From: an uncultured Ohtaekwangia sp.
GTDB lineage: Bacteria > Bacteroidota > Bacteroidia > Cytophagales > Cyclobacteriaceae
Assembly: GCA_964549855.1 (NCBI GenBank)
Contig: CAZJWV010000002.1
Location: forward strand, 55,762-119,761
Reading direction: 5' to 3'
Length of the DNA stretch: 64,000 nt
The position numbers were made by a program, and so were the translations under genes. The notes beneath the pieces were generated by a model. The model ran no database searches and had not been told where the DNA came from. It saw only the letters and a program-made list of their open reading frames with translations. Shown one piece after another: positions 1 to 10,057 of this stretch (positions are counted from its first letter, which is position 1; every line of letters begins with the position of its first letter).

Positions 1-3000
1 AGCGGCAGCCTCGACGCCGTTCTCGTTTCCGCTCTTTTTCGGTCCCTTCGGTCTGTCCACCTGGTGATTCTCGATGACAAAGACGAGGCAGCTGGGTTTT
101 TCAGCGACCTGCAAACGCTGGTCGGGGATGCGGATACGCTTTTCTTCCCCATGTCGTACAAGCGCCCCTATGAATACGACGAAACGGAGAACGCAAACGT
201 TTTGATGCGCGCTGAAACCCTCAATGCAGTATCGTCGAAGCCCGGGCACCTGTTGATCGTTGCCTACCCGGAAGCACTTTCGGAAAAAGTGATCACGAAG
301 AGTTCCTTGTCAAAAAATACTTTTACGGTTGAAGTCAAATCGAAACTAAACAGGGAGTTCCTGGAAGAATTTCTTTTCTCCTGTGACTTTGAAAAAACGG
401 ACTTTGTCTTCGAGGCCGGCCAGTTTGCCGTCCGTGGAGGCATTATTGATGTTTTCTCCTTCGCGCATGATCTTCCCTACCGCATCGAATTGTCTGGCGA
501 CGAAGTGGAGAGCATTCGCAGTTTCGAACCGGGTTCACAATTGTCCGTTACCGTCGTCGACCGGGTCAACTTGATGCCCAACATCCAGACGCGATTGGTG
601 ATGGAGGGTCGCGAATCCCTCCTTTCATTCCTGCCGGAAAACACGCGCGTGTGGATCAAGGATGTGGAGCGTACCGCAGACATCCTGGAAACCTGCTTCA
701 ACAAGGCAAGTGCTGGATTCGACAAGATCGTTCGCAGCAGCGGGGGAGCAACTCTCGCACTGGAACCGGAACATTTGGTTCTCACCCACACCCAATTCCT
801 TAAGGAGCTCAGGGATCACACCGTGATCGAAATCGGCAGCCGGTCTTCCTTTCCGTCGGCCCAGGCATTTGAATTCCGGTCTTCACCACAGCCCTCCTTT
901 AACAAGAACTTCGAGCTCCTGGCAAAGAACCTTGTCGATCACCAAATGCAGGGATACTCAAACTTTGTCGCCGCTGAACAAGGTCGGCAGCTCGATCGGC
1001 TTCATGGTGTTTTCGAAGAAATCGAGCCTTCCCTGACCTTCCAGAACCTCGATTTTCCCCTCTGCCGCGGGTTTGTGGACCATTCGCTTAAGCTGGTCAG
1101 CTATACCGATCACGAGATCTTTGACCGGTTTCATCGCTACCGGACCAAGGAAAAATACACCAAGTCAAAAGCCCTCACCTTCCGGGACCTGCAGAGCCTT
1201 CAACCCGGCGATTTTGTTACGCACATCGACTACGGCATCGCAAAATTTGCTGGCTTGGAGAAGAAGGAAGTGAATGGCCGCGAACAAGAAGCGGTGCGAC
1301 TGGTCTTTCGCGACAACGATCTCCTATATGTAAGCGTCCACTCGCTTCACAAGATTTCGAAATACTCCGGTCGCGAAGGCGCGCCGCCGGTAATCAGCAA
1401 GCTGGGATCAGATGAATGGGAAAACAAGAAAGCGCGAGTCCGCAAGCAGGTAAAAGATATTGCGCGTGACCTCATCAACTTGTATGCAAAGCGAAAGGGT
1501 TCACCCGGTTTTGCCTTCTCTCACGACAGTTTTCTGCAGGCCGAACTCGAATCGTCATTCATCTACGAAGACACCCCTGACCAGGCCAAGGCCACTGAGG
1601 ATGTAAAAAAGGACATGGAGTCGCCTCATCCCATGGATCGCCTCGTCTGCGGAGACGTGGGCTTCGGCAAAACGGAAGTTGCCGTGCGGGCTGCCTTCAA
1701 AGCAACGGCCGACGGTAAGCAGGTAGCAGTACTGGTTCCTACTACGATCCTCGCCATGCAACACTTCCGAACTTTTTCTGAACGCCTCGCCAACTTCCCC
1801 GTCAGGATTGAATACATCTCACGCTTCAAGAGCGAGCGGCAGATCAAACAAATCGTTCAAGAGGTAAATGAGGGACAAGTGAACATTCTCATCGGCACTC
1901 ACCGGCTCATCAGCAAAGACATTTCATTCAAGAATCTCGGGCTGCTCGTCATTGACGAGGAACAAAAATTCGGCGTTAAGGCGAAAGACCGGCTGAAAGA
2001 ACTGCGCGTTAGTGTCGACGTACTTACCCTCACGGCGACGCCGATCCCACGCACACTCCACTTCTCGCTCATGGGTGCCCGTGACCTCAGCATTATTTCC
2101 ACTGCGCCACCCAATCGTCAACCCGTCACCACCGAGCTGCACACGTACAACGAAGAAATTATCCGCGATGCGGTGCGCTTCGAGCTGCGCCGCAACGGCC
2201 AGGTCTTTTTTGTGCACAACCGGGTGAGCGACATCGACGGCATTGCAAACATGATCTTCAAGCTTGTTCCCGACGCCCGTATCGGAATTGCGCACGGCCA
2301 GATGGACGGCGACAAACTGGAGAAAGTGATGGTCCGCTTCATTGAAGGTGAGTACGACGTGCTGGTATCGACGAATATCATCGAGTCGGGCCTCGACATT
2401 CCCAATGCCAATACCATCATTATCAACCAGGCCCACATGTTTGGTTTGAGTGATCTCCACCAGATGCGCGGACGCGTCGGTCGCTCCAACAAGAAGGCAT
2501 TCTGTTACCTGCTTACTCCGCCGACTGCGGTCCTCACGTCCGACTCGCGTAAACGTCTCACGGCAGTTGAAGAATTCTCGGAACTCGGCGATGGATTCAA
2601 AGTCGCGATGCGCGACCTTGATATTCGCGGAGCCGGCAATTTGTTGGGCGCAGAACAAAGCGGCTTTATCAATGACCTTGGATTTGAAACGTATCACAAG
2701 ATTCTTGATGATGCCATCCAGGAGCTCAAGGAAAGTGAGTTCAAAGAATTGTTTGCCGAAGAGCTCCTCGAAAAAGCAAAGTTGATCGCGGCTGATTGTG
2801 TAATCGAAACTGACCTGGAGATTCTCATCCCCGAAACTTACGTTGCAAGTACGCGGGAACGACTTCAACTGTACTCTACGCTTGACGACATCGGGAACGA
2901 ATCCGAACTGCAAACATTCATCAACGGCTTGCGGGATCGCTTCGGAGAGTGTCCTCCATCCGTGATGCAGCTGGTCGACACGGTACGATTGCGGTGGTTG

Positions 3001-3270
3001 AGCGAGCGTCTAGGTTTTGAAAAGGTTGTTCTGAAGAGCGGAAGGATGCGCGCCACCTTCGTGAACTCCGACGATTACTTCCGTTCAGAGATTTTTGGCC
3101 GCTTGATTGCGTTTATCCAGGCAAATCCCCGAAGGTGTCGCGTGAAAGACCAGGTCGGTCGTCCAAGTTTTACGGTCGACGACATCACGTCGGTCGAGTC
3201 GGCGCTGCAGTTTCTGCAACCCGTCGAAATGACGGCAATATTAAGTACGAATTATCCCCCTCGCGGGTAA
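1..3270 (+). CDS. mfd: Transcription-repair coupling factor Mfd (5' end cut by window edge)
   Basis: Frame 1 is open from nt 1 (SGSLDAVLVSALF... precedes the track's GTG at 64). SF2 helicase motifs are present: GDVGFGKTEVA, VIDEEQKFG, LTATPIPRTL, QMRGRVGR. Length is about 1.1 kaa with a C-terminal TRCF-like region. Confidence 0.95.
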   Translation, partial: SGSLDAVLVSALFRSLRSVHLVILDDKDEAAGFFSDLQTLVGDADTLFFPMSYKRPYEYDETENANVLMRAETLNAVSSKPGHLLIVAYPEALSEKVITKSSLSKNTFTVEVKSKLNREFLEEFLFSCDFEKTDFVFEAGQFAVRGGIIDVFSFAHDLPYRIELSGDEVESIRSFEPGSQLSVTVVDRVNLMPNIQTRLVMEGRESLLSFLPENTRVWIKDVERTADILETCFNKASAGFDKIVRSSGGATLALEPEHLVLTHTQFLKELRDHTVIEIGSRSSFPSAQAFEFRSSPQPSFNKNFELLAKNLVDHQMQGYSNFVAAEQGRQLDRLHGVFEEIEPSLTFQNLDFPLCRGFVDHSLKLVSYTDHEIFDRFHRYRTKEKYTKSKALTFRDLQSLQPGDFVTHIDYGIAKFAGLEKKEVNGREQEAVRLVFRDNDLLYVSVHSLHKISKYSGREGAPPVISKLGSDEWENKKARVRKQVKDIARDLINLYAKRKGSPGFAFSHDSFLQAELESSFIYEDTPDQAKATEDVKKDMESPHPMDRLVCGDVGFGKTEVAVRAAFKATADGKQVAVLVPTTILAMQHFRTFSERLANFPVRIEYISRFKSERQIKQIVQEVNEGQVNILIGTHRLISKDISFKNLGLLVIDEEQKFGVKAKDRLKELRVSVDVLTLTATPIPRTLHFSLMGARDLSIISTAPPNRQPVTTELHTYNEEIIRDAVRFELRRNGQVFFVHNRVSDIDGIANMIFKLVPDARIGIAHGQMDGDKLEKVMVRFIEGEYDVLVSTNIIESGLDIPNANTIIINQAHMFGLSDLHQMRGRVGRSNKKAFCYLLTPPTAVLTSDSRKRLTAVEEFSELGDGFKVAMRDLDIRGAGNLLGAEQSGFINDLGFETYHKILDDAIQELKESEFKELFAEELLEKAKLIAADCVIETDLEILIPETYVASTRERLQLYSTLDDIGNESELQTFINGLRDRFGECPPSVMQLVDTVRLRWLSERLGFEKVVLKSGRMRATFVNSDDYFRSEIFGRLIAFIQANPRRCRVKDQVGRPSFTVDDITSVESALQFLQPVEMTAILSTNYPPRG

Positions 3271-3410
3271 CAATAGGGCAGCGGAAGGGACGTTATGCGC
3301 AGGGTCGGGACCACCTGCACCAATGATGCGGCAAAAAAACGCTACGCCTTGGAAAACACCGAATTATCTATTTATATTAGCGGTTGCTTTAGTCTCAAAC
3401 ACCCGATACA

Positions 3411-4655
3411 ATGAAGCAGAGAAAGAGTGTATTTGTTTTGGCTGGCGTAAGTCTACTGGCGGCGTCGTGTTCGCTGCTCCCATTTGGGAATAAGAACTCA
3501 AAGCCGACGTCCGAGAACCCCGGCCAAATGAGTACGGCTACTAACCTGAAATACAACGACGAGGAGACCGCCGGCTTCAAAGTGAACCCATTCGAAGGTC
3601 AACCGGATGCTCCTAATACGGTCTTTATCGAAGGTGGTCGGGCCGTCATGGGATCCTTCGAAGAGGATGTGATGTCTTATCGCGACAACATCGAACGGAC
3701 GGTTTCAGTAGCCTCTTTTTATATGGACGAGACAGAAATCGCCAATATTCACTGGCTGGAATACATGTTCTACCTGGCCAAGGACTCTACCCAGGAAGTG
3801 TATGCAGCCGCCCTCCCGGATACAACGGTGTGGGTTGGCAAACTTGCCTTCAACGATCCTTACGTCGACCACTACCTCCGCTATCCTGGTTTCCGCTATT
3901 TCCCGGTCGTCGGCGTCAGCTGGAAGCAAGCCACCAACTACGCGAAGTGGCGCACCAGCGCAGTCAACCAACAACTCTTAAGAGCTTCAGGTCAGGAATT
4001 GCCTGAAGTTCCTGCTGGCGGTCGGATTCCCCTCGAGTCCGGTATTGTCATTCCTGCCTATCGTCTCCCAACAGAAGCAGAGTGGGAATATGCCGCACAA
4101 GCCCTCATTGGAACTCAGTGGCTCGAAGAAATGCAAACCCACCAGCGCATTTATCCCTGGGATGGTCACGCGCTGCGTAACCCCTATGGAAAACAGATGG
4201 GCTTCTTCCTGGCAAACTTCAAACGGGGCCGTGGTGACTATGCCGGTATCGCTGGCCGCCTGAACGATGGCGCGCTCATCACTTCTTACATCTATGAGTT
4301 CCCGCCCAATGATTTTGGATTGTACAACATGGCCGGCAACGTGAGCGAGTGGGTGATGGACGTTTACCGTCCTCTCTCCTACCAGGACTTTGACGACCTC
4401 AACCCGATTCGCCGCGATGGTTTCCTTGATGGTGCCACCGGAAACGGACGCGAGAACCTCTACAACAACATTGAGAAAGACCCTGCTGCCTTTACGTCGC
4501 TGATTACCGACAAGGCACGCGTTTACAAAGGTGGTTCCTGGAAAGACGTCGCTTATTGGATGTCGCCGGGTACACGTCGCTTCCTGGATGAGGATTCTGC
4601 AACCGCCACCATCGGGTTCCGTTGCGCGATGATACGCGCAGGGGCCAATTACTAA
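3411..4655 (+). CDS. gldJ: GldJ-like gliding-motility lipoprotein (SUMF1/FGE-type sulfatase-modifying-factor domain)
   Basis: Lipoprotein signal (LLAASC). The N-terminal pattern NLKYNDEETAGFKVN...VFIEGGRAVMGSFEEDV...VSVASFYMDETEIAN matches my recollection of GldJ. FGE-type C-terminal motifs are present (GLYNMAGNVSEWV, YKGGSW, GFRC). It is shorter than the F. johnsoniae GldJ I recall, so it may be a GldJ paralogue. Confidence 0.6.
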   Translation: MKQRKSVFVLAGVSLLAASCSLLPFGNKNSKPTSENPGQMSTATNLKYNDEETAGFKVNPFEGQPDAPNTVFIEGGRAVMGSFEEDVMSYRDNIERTVSVASFYMDETEIANIHWLEYMFYLAKDSTQEVYAAALPDTTVWVGKLAFNDPYVDHYLRYPGFRYFPVVGVSWKQATNYAKWRTSAVNQQLLRASGQELPEVPAGGRIPLESGIVIPAYRLPTEAEWEYAAQALIGTQWLEEMQTHQRIYPWDGHALRNPYGKQMGFFLANFKRGRGDYAGIAGRLNDGALITSYIYEFPPNDFGLYNMAGNVSEWVMDVYRPLSYQDFDDLNPIRRDGFLDGATGNGRENLYNNIEKDPAAFTSLITDKARVYKGGSWKDVAYWMSPGTRRFLDEDSATATIGFRCAMIRAGANY

Positions 4656-4706
4656 GCCGGCCTTCGGGGGCTTCGAGAAACCTCAGCCACCTTTCCTAGA
4701 TACATC

Positions 4707-4736
4707 AAGAAACCCTTCCTCACCGAAGGGTTTCTT
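4707..4736. terminator. Bidirectional stem-loop between convergent genes
   Basis: Perfect 12-bp stem aagaaacccttc / gaagggtttctt with a 6-nt loop (ctcacc), followed by a T-run. It lies between the gldJ-like stop and the comF-like stop. Confidence 0.55.
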
Positions 4737-4738
4737 CT

Positions 4739-5431
4739 TTACTGCGCATCCGCGATACAGGCGACGCTGATTGATGTACAGCCACAGTCGAGCAGGTGCT
4801 GGCCGCAAGCTTCGAGCGTTGCCCCCGTAGTGATCACATCATCGACGAGAAGAATTCGCTTCTGCTCAACCGTGCTGTTGCCCCGCACCGAAAAAACTTG
4901 GCGCACGTTTTCCCATCGGTCGGCGCGTGATTTCCGCGTCTGCGTGGCCGATGCTTGTGTCCGAATAGAGATGGTCTCATCCCAGTCGACATTCAGCGCT
5001 TCACTCAATCCCTTGGCAAAATGTGCGCTCTGGTTGTATCCGCGGTGTCGAAGCCGGGCCCGGTGAAGAGGAACCGGAACGATGAGGTCAAACTCCCGAT
5101 GAAACATTTCAACAGACAGCTCCCTACCATACGCTTTCCCAAGGCGCTCACCGATCTCCGGGCAGTTGTTGTACTTCAGTTGATGAAGGAGGTGCTGTAC
5201 GACACCGCCTTTTTGAAATTTCAGAAATGCCCACCCATGCCGGATGGGCAACCGGCCGGCCAACCGATTGATCACCGGATTTCCTTCGCGGTGATGGTAG
5301 TAGGTTTTGGGAAGGCCCGCCAGGCAGCGTGTGCAGAGGATGTCTTCCCCCTTTATCATGGCCTGTGAGCAACCCAGGCAAAAGCGCGGGAAGAAAAGTG
5401 AAAGGAAATCGTCTGTGATCGAGGTTTGCAT
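4739..5431 (-). CDS. ComF family protein (phosphoribosyltransferase domain)
   Basis: N-terminal Cys pairs (CLGC...CTRC) and the PRTase motif ILLVDDVITTGATLEAC near the C-terminus. Length is 230 aa. Confidence 0.85.
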   Translation of the reverse strand: MQTSITDDFLSLFFPRFCLGCSQAMIKGEDILCTRCLAGLPKTYYHHREGNPVINRLAGRLPIRHGWAFLKFQKGGVVQHLLHQLKYNNCPEIGERLGKAYGRELSVEMFHREFDLIVPVPLHRARLRHRGYNQSAHFAKGLSEALNVDWDETISIRTQASATQTRKSRADRWENVRQVFSVRGNSTVEQKRILLVDDVITTGATLEACGQHLLDCGCTSISVACIADAQ

Positions 5432-5476
5432 TGGTTCTGCCGCCGGGTACCTTTGACGTAATCAACTTAGTACCCG

Positions 5477-5818
5477 ATGGAAATCGTAAGCCAATTTAAC
5501 GAGTACCGGCAGCGCATGAATGACAAGATTGCCGCTGCAGACAATTTAGTCCTGAAAAGAATATTCAATCTTGACACGAATGCCTATGCGCCGGGAGCCC
5601 TTGACGTGAAAACAAAGGAATTGATAGGCCTGACCACTTCCCTCGTGCTGAGGTGCGACGACTGTGTCAAGTATCACCTCGGGAAATGCAAGGAGGTCGG
5701 ATTCTCAACAGAGGAAGTAAACGAAGCCATGGGAGTAGCCACACTGGTGGGTGGCACCATTGTCATCCCTCACCTGCGCAGGGCGTTTGAATATTGGGAA
5801 GCCCTCCATCATGCTTAA
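5477..5818 (+). CDS. Carboxymuconolactone decarboxylase / AhpD-like family protein
   Basis: 113-aa protein with the CxxC-type motif LRCDDCVKYH typical of the AhpD/CMD core. Confidence 0.75.
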   Translation: MEIVSQFNEYRQRMNDKIAAADNLVLKRIFNLDTNAYAPGALDVKTKELIGLTTSLVLRCDDCVKYHLGKCKEVGFSTEEVNEAMGVATLVGGTIVIPHLRRAFEYWEALHHA

Positions 5819-6191
5819 GCGCGACCTATCGCTCGAACGAAACTGGCAGGCGCTAATGCAGGAAATTGAGCGAATGCTTGGGCAAAAACCCAAAGACCTC
5901 AATGGGACTTTGTTCCTCATCGGCGTGCAGGAGCTCGGCAAAGGGCACCAGCTATTTACTAAGGAGCAGAAGCAAGACCTGATGCATATTGCGATCTGCA
6001 AAGTGCTCAGCTATGCGGGCTTTTATGAGTTGGAAGGCCTGGACGAAGAGGGTTGGCCCCACTGGAAATTGGTCAAGAAAGTACCCCATGTCGACCTCCT
6101 CGAACAGGAGAAACTCCTCAAGATGCAGGTGATCGAATACTTTGAGCGGGAATTCGACTGGGCACCTCCCGCAGAACCGGGGAATTCCTAG
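5811..6191 (+). CDS. Hypothetical protein (126 aa)
   Basis: The ATG at 5811 overlaps the upstream stop (ATGCTTAA). The track's 5751 start would overlap the CMD gene by 68 nt. No motif recognised. Confidence 0.55.
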   Translation: MLKRDLSLERNWQALMQEIERMLGQKPKDLNGTLFLIGVQELGKGHQLFTKEQKQDLMHIAICKVLSYAGFYELEGLDEEGWPHWKLVKKVPHVDLLEQEKLLKMQVIEYFEREFDWAPPAEPGNS

Positions 6192-6280
6192 TCTCGCGTT
6201 CGTCTCGCGCCTATTTCTGGCTCGGGTTACTATCTTTATTGGTTCATAACTTAGGTTAGGCAACCAACGTTGTAATTCTG

Positions 6281-9200
6281 ATGGGCAGCAGACTGGAGCG
6301 GGTCTCGGATAATATTTCTTCATTCCGGAGGAAGTACTATCTAAATCTGTTTTTACGCGGCAGCATTCTTACTGCCTCGCTCCTCCTTGCCTACTATCTG
6401 CTCGCCAATCTCCTTGAATACAACCTCTGGCTTAGCCGGGGCGCCCGCCTGACACTGTTCGTGCTGTTTATCCTAACCGCAGCGTACTGCGTATACCGGT
6501 ACCTGCGTAACCCGATTCGTTGGTGGTTTTCCGGGCGCGGCCTGGGAAACGAGGACAGTGCCCGACTTATCGGAAATCACTTCCCGGCCATCCAGGATCG
6601 GCTCTTGAATTTTTTGCAACTGGCAGGTACCCGGCAGCATAAAGGCCCGCTTTTGGAGGCCAGCCTTGAGCAAAAAGCGATTCTGTTCGAAGGGTTCTCA
6701 TTCGACAGTATGGTTGATCTCAGTGAGAACCGGCGGTACTTGAAATACCTGGCAATCCCTTTCATCGCTTTCGCCGCCATTTTCATGATCAATCAACGGA
6801 TCATCACTCAAGGCACCGAACGCCTCGTGAATTTTGACCGTGAGTATGCTCCGCAGGCCCCTTTTCAATTTGTTGTTGAGCATGAAAAGTTGGTGACGTT
6901 TCCCAATGAAGATTTTGAACTTCGTATACGACTGGTGGGTGAAGCCATTCCCGATGCAGCCTATTTACTCATCGGGCAGCAGCGGGTGAAGATGGAGAAC
7001 GCAAAGGCCGGATTCTTCACCTACATCCTTGAGAAGCCGCAGCAGGACGTGACCTTCCGGGTGGAAGCAGCCGGATTCATCTCCGATACTTATTTGCTGC
7101 GAATTGTCAACCGGCCCGAGCTTCTTGCACTGTCGGTTGACCTTAGCTATCCTCGATATATTGGTCGTCAGTCACAGTTGTTGAAGAACATCGGCAACCT
7201 GGAAGTGCCTGAAGGAACCCGCGTGCGGTGGCGCATCACTACGGCAAACACCGAAAAAGCATCTATTTTCTTTTCTTCTGACAAGGCTCCAATCTCAATG
7301 CAACAATCTGATAATCAGATATTTGACTTTGGTAAGAACTTCTACAACCCCGACGGCTATTCCATTGCCCTGGACAACGAACACAGTCGCAACAAGGACC
7401 AGATTACGTATCGTGTCGAAGTATTCAAGGACCAGTATCCACAGTTGGTTGTGGAACACATTCGTGACTCAATTCTATACACATCCATCATGCTGGCCGG
7501 AGCGATTCGTGACGACTACGGGCTGTCGCGCCTGGAGCTTCACTATGAACTCACCGGCAAGAATCGCGAACCACTGTCGGAAATTATCGCGCTGGAAATT
7601 TCGACACAGCCTCAACAGAATTTCTTCTATCGTTGGGACCTCGACTCTCTGCATCTGAATGCCGGCGACAAGGTTCATTATTTCATTGAGGTGTGGGACA
7701 ACGATGGAGTTCATGGCGCCAAGTCTACCAAATCCGCTGCATTTCAGTTTGAGCTCCCAGGGGATGAGGCGTTCAAGGCAGAGATCAAACGGTCACAATC
7801 AGCCACGGAAAATGATTTCCAGCGAAGCCTGTCAAAGGCAAAGTCTTTAAAGGAGTCTATTGAAGAGGCAGAACAGCGATTGAAGGGCAAGCAATCATTG
7901 GATTGGCAGGACCGCAAAATGCTGGAAGACCTGATCCAACAGAAAAAGGATCTCGACAAGATGATTGAGGACCTCAAGTCGCAAAACAAAATGCTTGAGG
8001 AGAAGAAGGGTGCCTACTCGGAACAGAACGAACGCATTCGCGAAAAATCGGAACAGTTGCAGAAACTGATGAACGAACTCCTCGATGAGGAGACCAAGAA
8101 ACTTTTCCAGGAGCTGGAGAAGATGCTTCGCGAAAACCAGGATCCATCGCAAATCGAAAAAATGCTGGAGAAGATGGACCGCCAGGAGATAAACCTGGAG
8201 AAGGAACTCGAGCGCACGCTCGAAATCTTCAAGAGCCTGCAATACGAATACAAGGTTGAGCAGGCGATAAAAGACCTTGCCAAGCAGATTGAGGACCAAC
8301 AGAAACTGCTGGATCGCACCGAAGAGCTAACGGGGGACAAGAAGTCAAAGGAGGGGCAAAACAAGGAAGGAGAGGAGAAAACCGGCGAAAAGGCTGATGA
8401 AAAGGCCGGAGACAAGGCACAGGACACCCCAGAAGAACTCGCCAAAGAGCAGGAAGAGTTAGAAAAGCAATCAGAGGCTTTCGAAAAGTCCATTGAAGAG
8501 CTCAATAAACTGGGAGAAGAGTTGGACAAGGAAGAGAACACTCCTTCGGAAGAACAGATGAATGAGATCCAGGAAAACCAAAAGCAGAGCAAGGAATCAC
8601 TTCAGCAAAATAGCCCGTCAAAATCCACCGCGCCGCAGAAGAAGTCCATCCAACAAATGAAAGAGATGAAAGAGCAGATGGAGGGGATGGAGAGTTCGAT
8701 GGAGATGGAGATTGACCAGCAGAATCTTGAATCGCTCCGTCAGATCATTCACGGCCTCATCAAGTTATCGTTCGACCAGGAGGGCTTGATCAAGGAATTC
8801 AATGCGGTTCAGCAGAGCGACCCCGCCTACATTCGTTTGTCCCAGAATCAACTAAAAATAAAAGATGATGCTAAAGTGCTGGAAGACAGCCTGTTAGCTC
8901 TTGCCAAGAAGGATCCTTTCCTCGGATCCGTCGTCACGCGCGAAGTTGGCGAGTTGAATGAGCACCTGGACAAGTCGAGCCTCAACATCAAGGAAAGAAG
9001 AAAAAGCAACGCCAGTGCGGACATGCAGTTGTCGATGACGAGCATAAATAATCTCGCACTGATGCTTAACGATCATTTCGACATGATGATGCAAATGATG
9101 CAGAACGCGATGCCGTCCATGAAGGGCAAGAAGTCGAAAGGGAAGAAGAGCCTGAGTGAAATGCAGATGAAGTTGAACGAGCAGATGGAGGAGATTCGCA

Positions 9201-9649
9201 AGAGTGGAAAGGGCGGCCGACAGTTGTCAGAGGAGTTGGCGCGAATGGCCGCGGAGCAAGAGCGGATCAGGCGAGCGCTTCAAGAGATGCAGGAGCAGAT
9301 GAAGAAGGAGGGGGGCCAGCCAGCAGGAAACGACTTGCCTTCAAAAATGGAACAGACGGAGTTGGATCTCGTTAATAAGCAACTGACCGAGCAAACCATA
9401 CGCCGGCAGAAAGAAATCATGACACGTTTGTTGGAATCCGAGAAGTCGATGAGGGAACAGGAGCTTGACCAGGAGCGCAAGGGGGAAACGGCAAAAGATT
9501 ACCAAAAGGAAATCCCTAAGGTTTTTGAAGAGTATTTACGCTTAAAGGAAAAAGAGGTAGAATTGCTCAAGACCGTACCTCCTAAACTATACCCATACTA
9601 CAAGAATGAGGTCAATGAGTACTTCAAGCGGCTCGGCAACCCCAGGTAA
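6281..9649 (+). CDS. Large membrane-anchored coiled-coil protein (DUF4175-like)
   Basis: 1122 aa. Two N-terminal hydrophobic helices are followed by a beta-rich region, then several hundred residues of E/K/Q-rich heptad-like sequence. The DUF4175 assignment is from memory of similarly sized Bacteroidota proteins and is not verified. Confidence 0.7.
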   Translation: MGSRLERVSDNISSFRRKYYLNLFLRGSILTASLLLAYYLLANLLEYNLWLSRGARLTLFVLFILTAAYCVYRYLRNPIRWWFSGRGLGNEDSARLIGNHFPAIQDRLLNFLQLAGTRQHKGPLLEASLEQKAILFEGFSFDSMVDLSENRRYLKYLAIPFIAFAAIFMINQRIITQGTERLVNFDREYAPQAPFQFVVEHEKLVTFPNEDFELRIRLVGEAIPDAAYLLIGQQRVKMENAKAGFFTYILEKPQQDVTFRVEAAGFISDTYLLRIVNRPELLALSVDLSYPRYIGRQSQLLKNIGNLEVPEGTRVRWRITTANTEKASIFFSSDKAPISMQQSDNQIFDFGKNFYNPDGYSIALDNEHSRNKDQITYRVEVFKDQYPQLVVEHIRDSILYTSIMLAGAIRDDYGLSRLELHYELTGKNREPLSEIIALEISTQPQQNFFYRWDLDSLHLNAGDKVHYFIEVWDNDGVHGAKSTKSAAFQFELPGDEAFKAEIKRSQSATENDFQRSLSKAKSLKESIEEAEQRLKGKQSLDWQDRKMLEDLIQQKKDLDKMIEDLKSQNKMLEEKKGAYSEQNERIREKSEQLQKLMNELLDEETKKLFQELEKMLRENQDPSQIEKMLEKMDRQEINLEKELERTLEIFKSLQYEYKVEQAIKDLAKQIEDQQKLLDRTEELTGDKKSKEGQNKEGEEKTGEKADEKAGDKAQDTPEELAKEQEELEKQSEAFEKSIEELNKLGEELDKEENTPSEEQMNEIQENQKQSKESLQQNSPSKSTAPQKKSIQQMKEMKEQMEGMESSMEMEIDQQNLESLRQIIHGLIKLSFDQEGLIKEFNAVQQSDPAYIRLSQNQLKIKDDAKVLEDSLLALAKKDPFLGSVVTREVGELNEHLDKSSLNIKERRKSNASADMQLSMTSINNLALMLNDHFDMMMQMMQNAMPSMKGKKSKGKKSLSEMQMKLNEQMEEIRKSGKGGRQLSEELARMAAEQERIRRALQEMQEQMKKEGGQPAGNDLPSKMEQTELDLVNKQLTEQTIRRQKEIMTRLLESEKSMREQELDQERKGETAKDYQKEIPKVFEEYLRLKEKEVELLKTVPPKLYPYYKNEVNEYFKRLGNPR

Positions 9650-9652
9650 CGT

Positions 9653-10057
9653 ATGAATGCGATCCGGATTGAAGTGCCTGCCCTGACGGAGAACATCAGG
9701 ATGATTGAGAGCTTTATTGACAACGCCAGGGAGAAGTTCAAGCTGGACGACGATATCTATGGCAACATCATGATTGCCGTTACCGAGGCCGTCAATAATG
9801 CGATCAAGCACGGAAGCAGCAGCGATTCTTCCAAGAATGTGAATCTCTCACTACTTGTTGACGGCAGTACTCTCAAATTCCGGGTGGAGGATGCGGGCCG
9901 CGGATTTGATTACATGCATTTGCCCGACCCCACTGCCCCCGAAAACCTTGAAAAACCGGGTGGAAGAGGCATTTTTCTGATGAAACACCTGGCTGATGAT
10001 GTCGCCTTTCTGGAAGGCGGTCGCGTGGTTGAACTAAGCTTTTATATGAATGCCTGA
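9653..10057 (+). CDS. HATPase_c anti-sigma-factor-type serine kinase (RsbW/SpoIIAB-like ATP-binding protein)
   Basis: N-box EAVNNAIKHG, G1 box DAGRGFD and G2 box GGRGIFLM. 134 aa. Starts 4 nt after the upstream stop. Confidence 0.8.
   Translation: MNAIRIEVPALTENIRMIESFIDNAREKFKLDDDIYGNIMIAVTEAVNNAIKHGSSSDSSKNVNLSLLVDGSTLKFRVEDAGRGFDYMHLPDPTAPENLEKPGGRGIFLMKHLADDVAFLEGGRVVELSFYMNA

Noticed and set aside
1924-2913. 329-aa antisense ORF inside mfd. Similar long antisense ORFs occur at 29562-30419 (285 aa), 46627-47400 (257 aa) and 61664-62596 (310 aa).
   Set aside because: Each lies fully inside a gene with unmistakable motifs on the other strand. Their translations are low-complexity and Arg/Val-rich with no motifs. 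Long open antisense frames are expected when the sense codons TTA, CTA and TCA are rare.
5751-5810. N-terminal extensions in the ORF track. Examples are the starts at 5751, 10522, 22040, 32688, 36348, 38300, 40089, 45081, 46435, 52140, 60581, 60608 and 63936.
   Set aside because: The extensions overlap upstream genes or precede obvious signal peptides or conserved N-termini. Internal ATGs that give ATGA/TGATG coupling or clean signal peptides were preferred.
7780-9500. Repetitive-looking GAA/GAG/AAG-rich DNA with several antisense ORFs (7895-8299, 8014-8592). I considered a tandem repeat, minisatellite or CRISPR-like array.
   Set aside because: No fixed-period nucleotide repeat or spacer structure is present. 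The bias is explained by the E/K/Q-rich coiled-coil coding region of the 1122-aa ORF.
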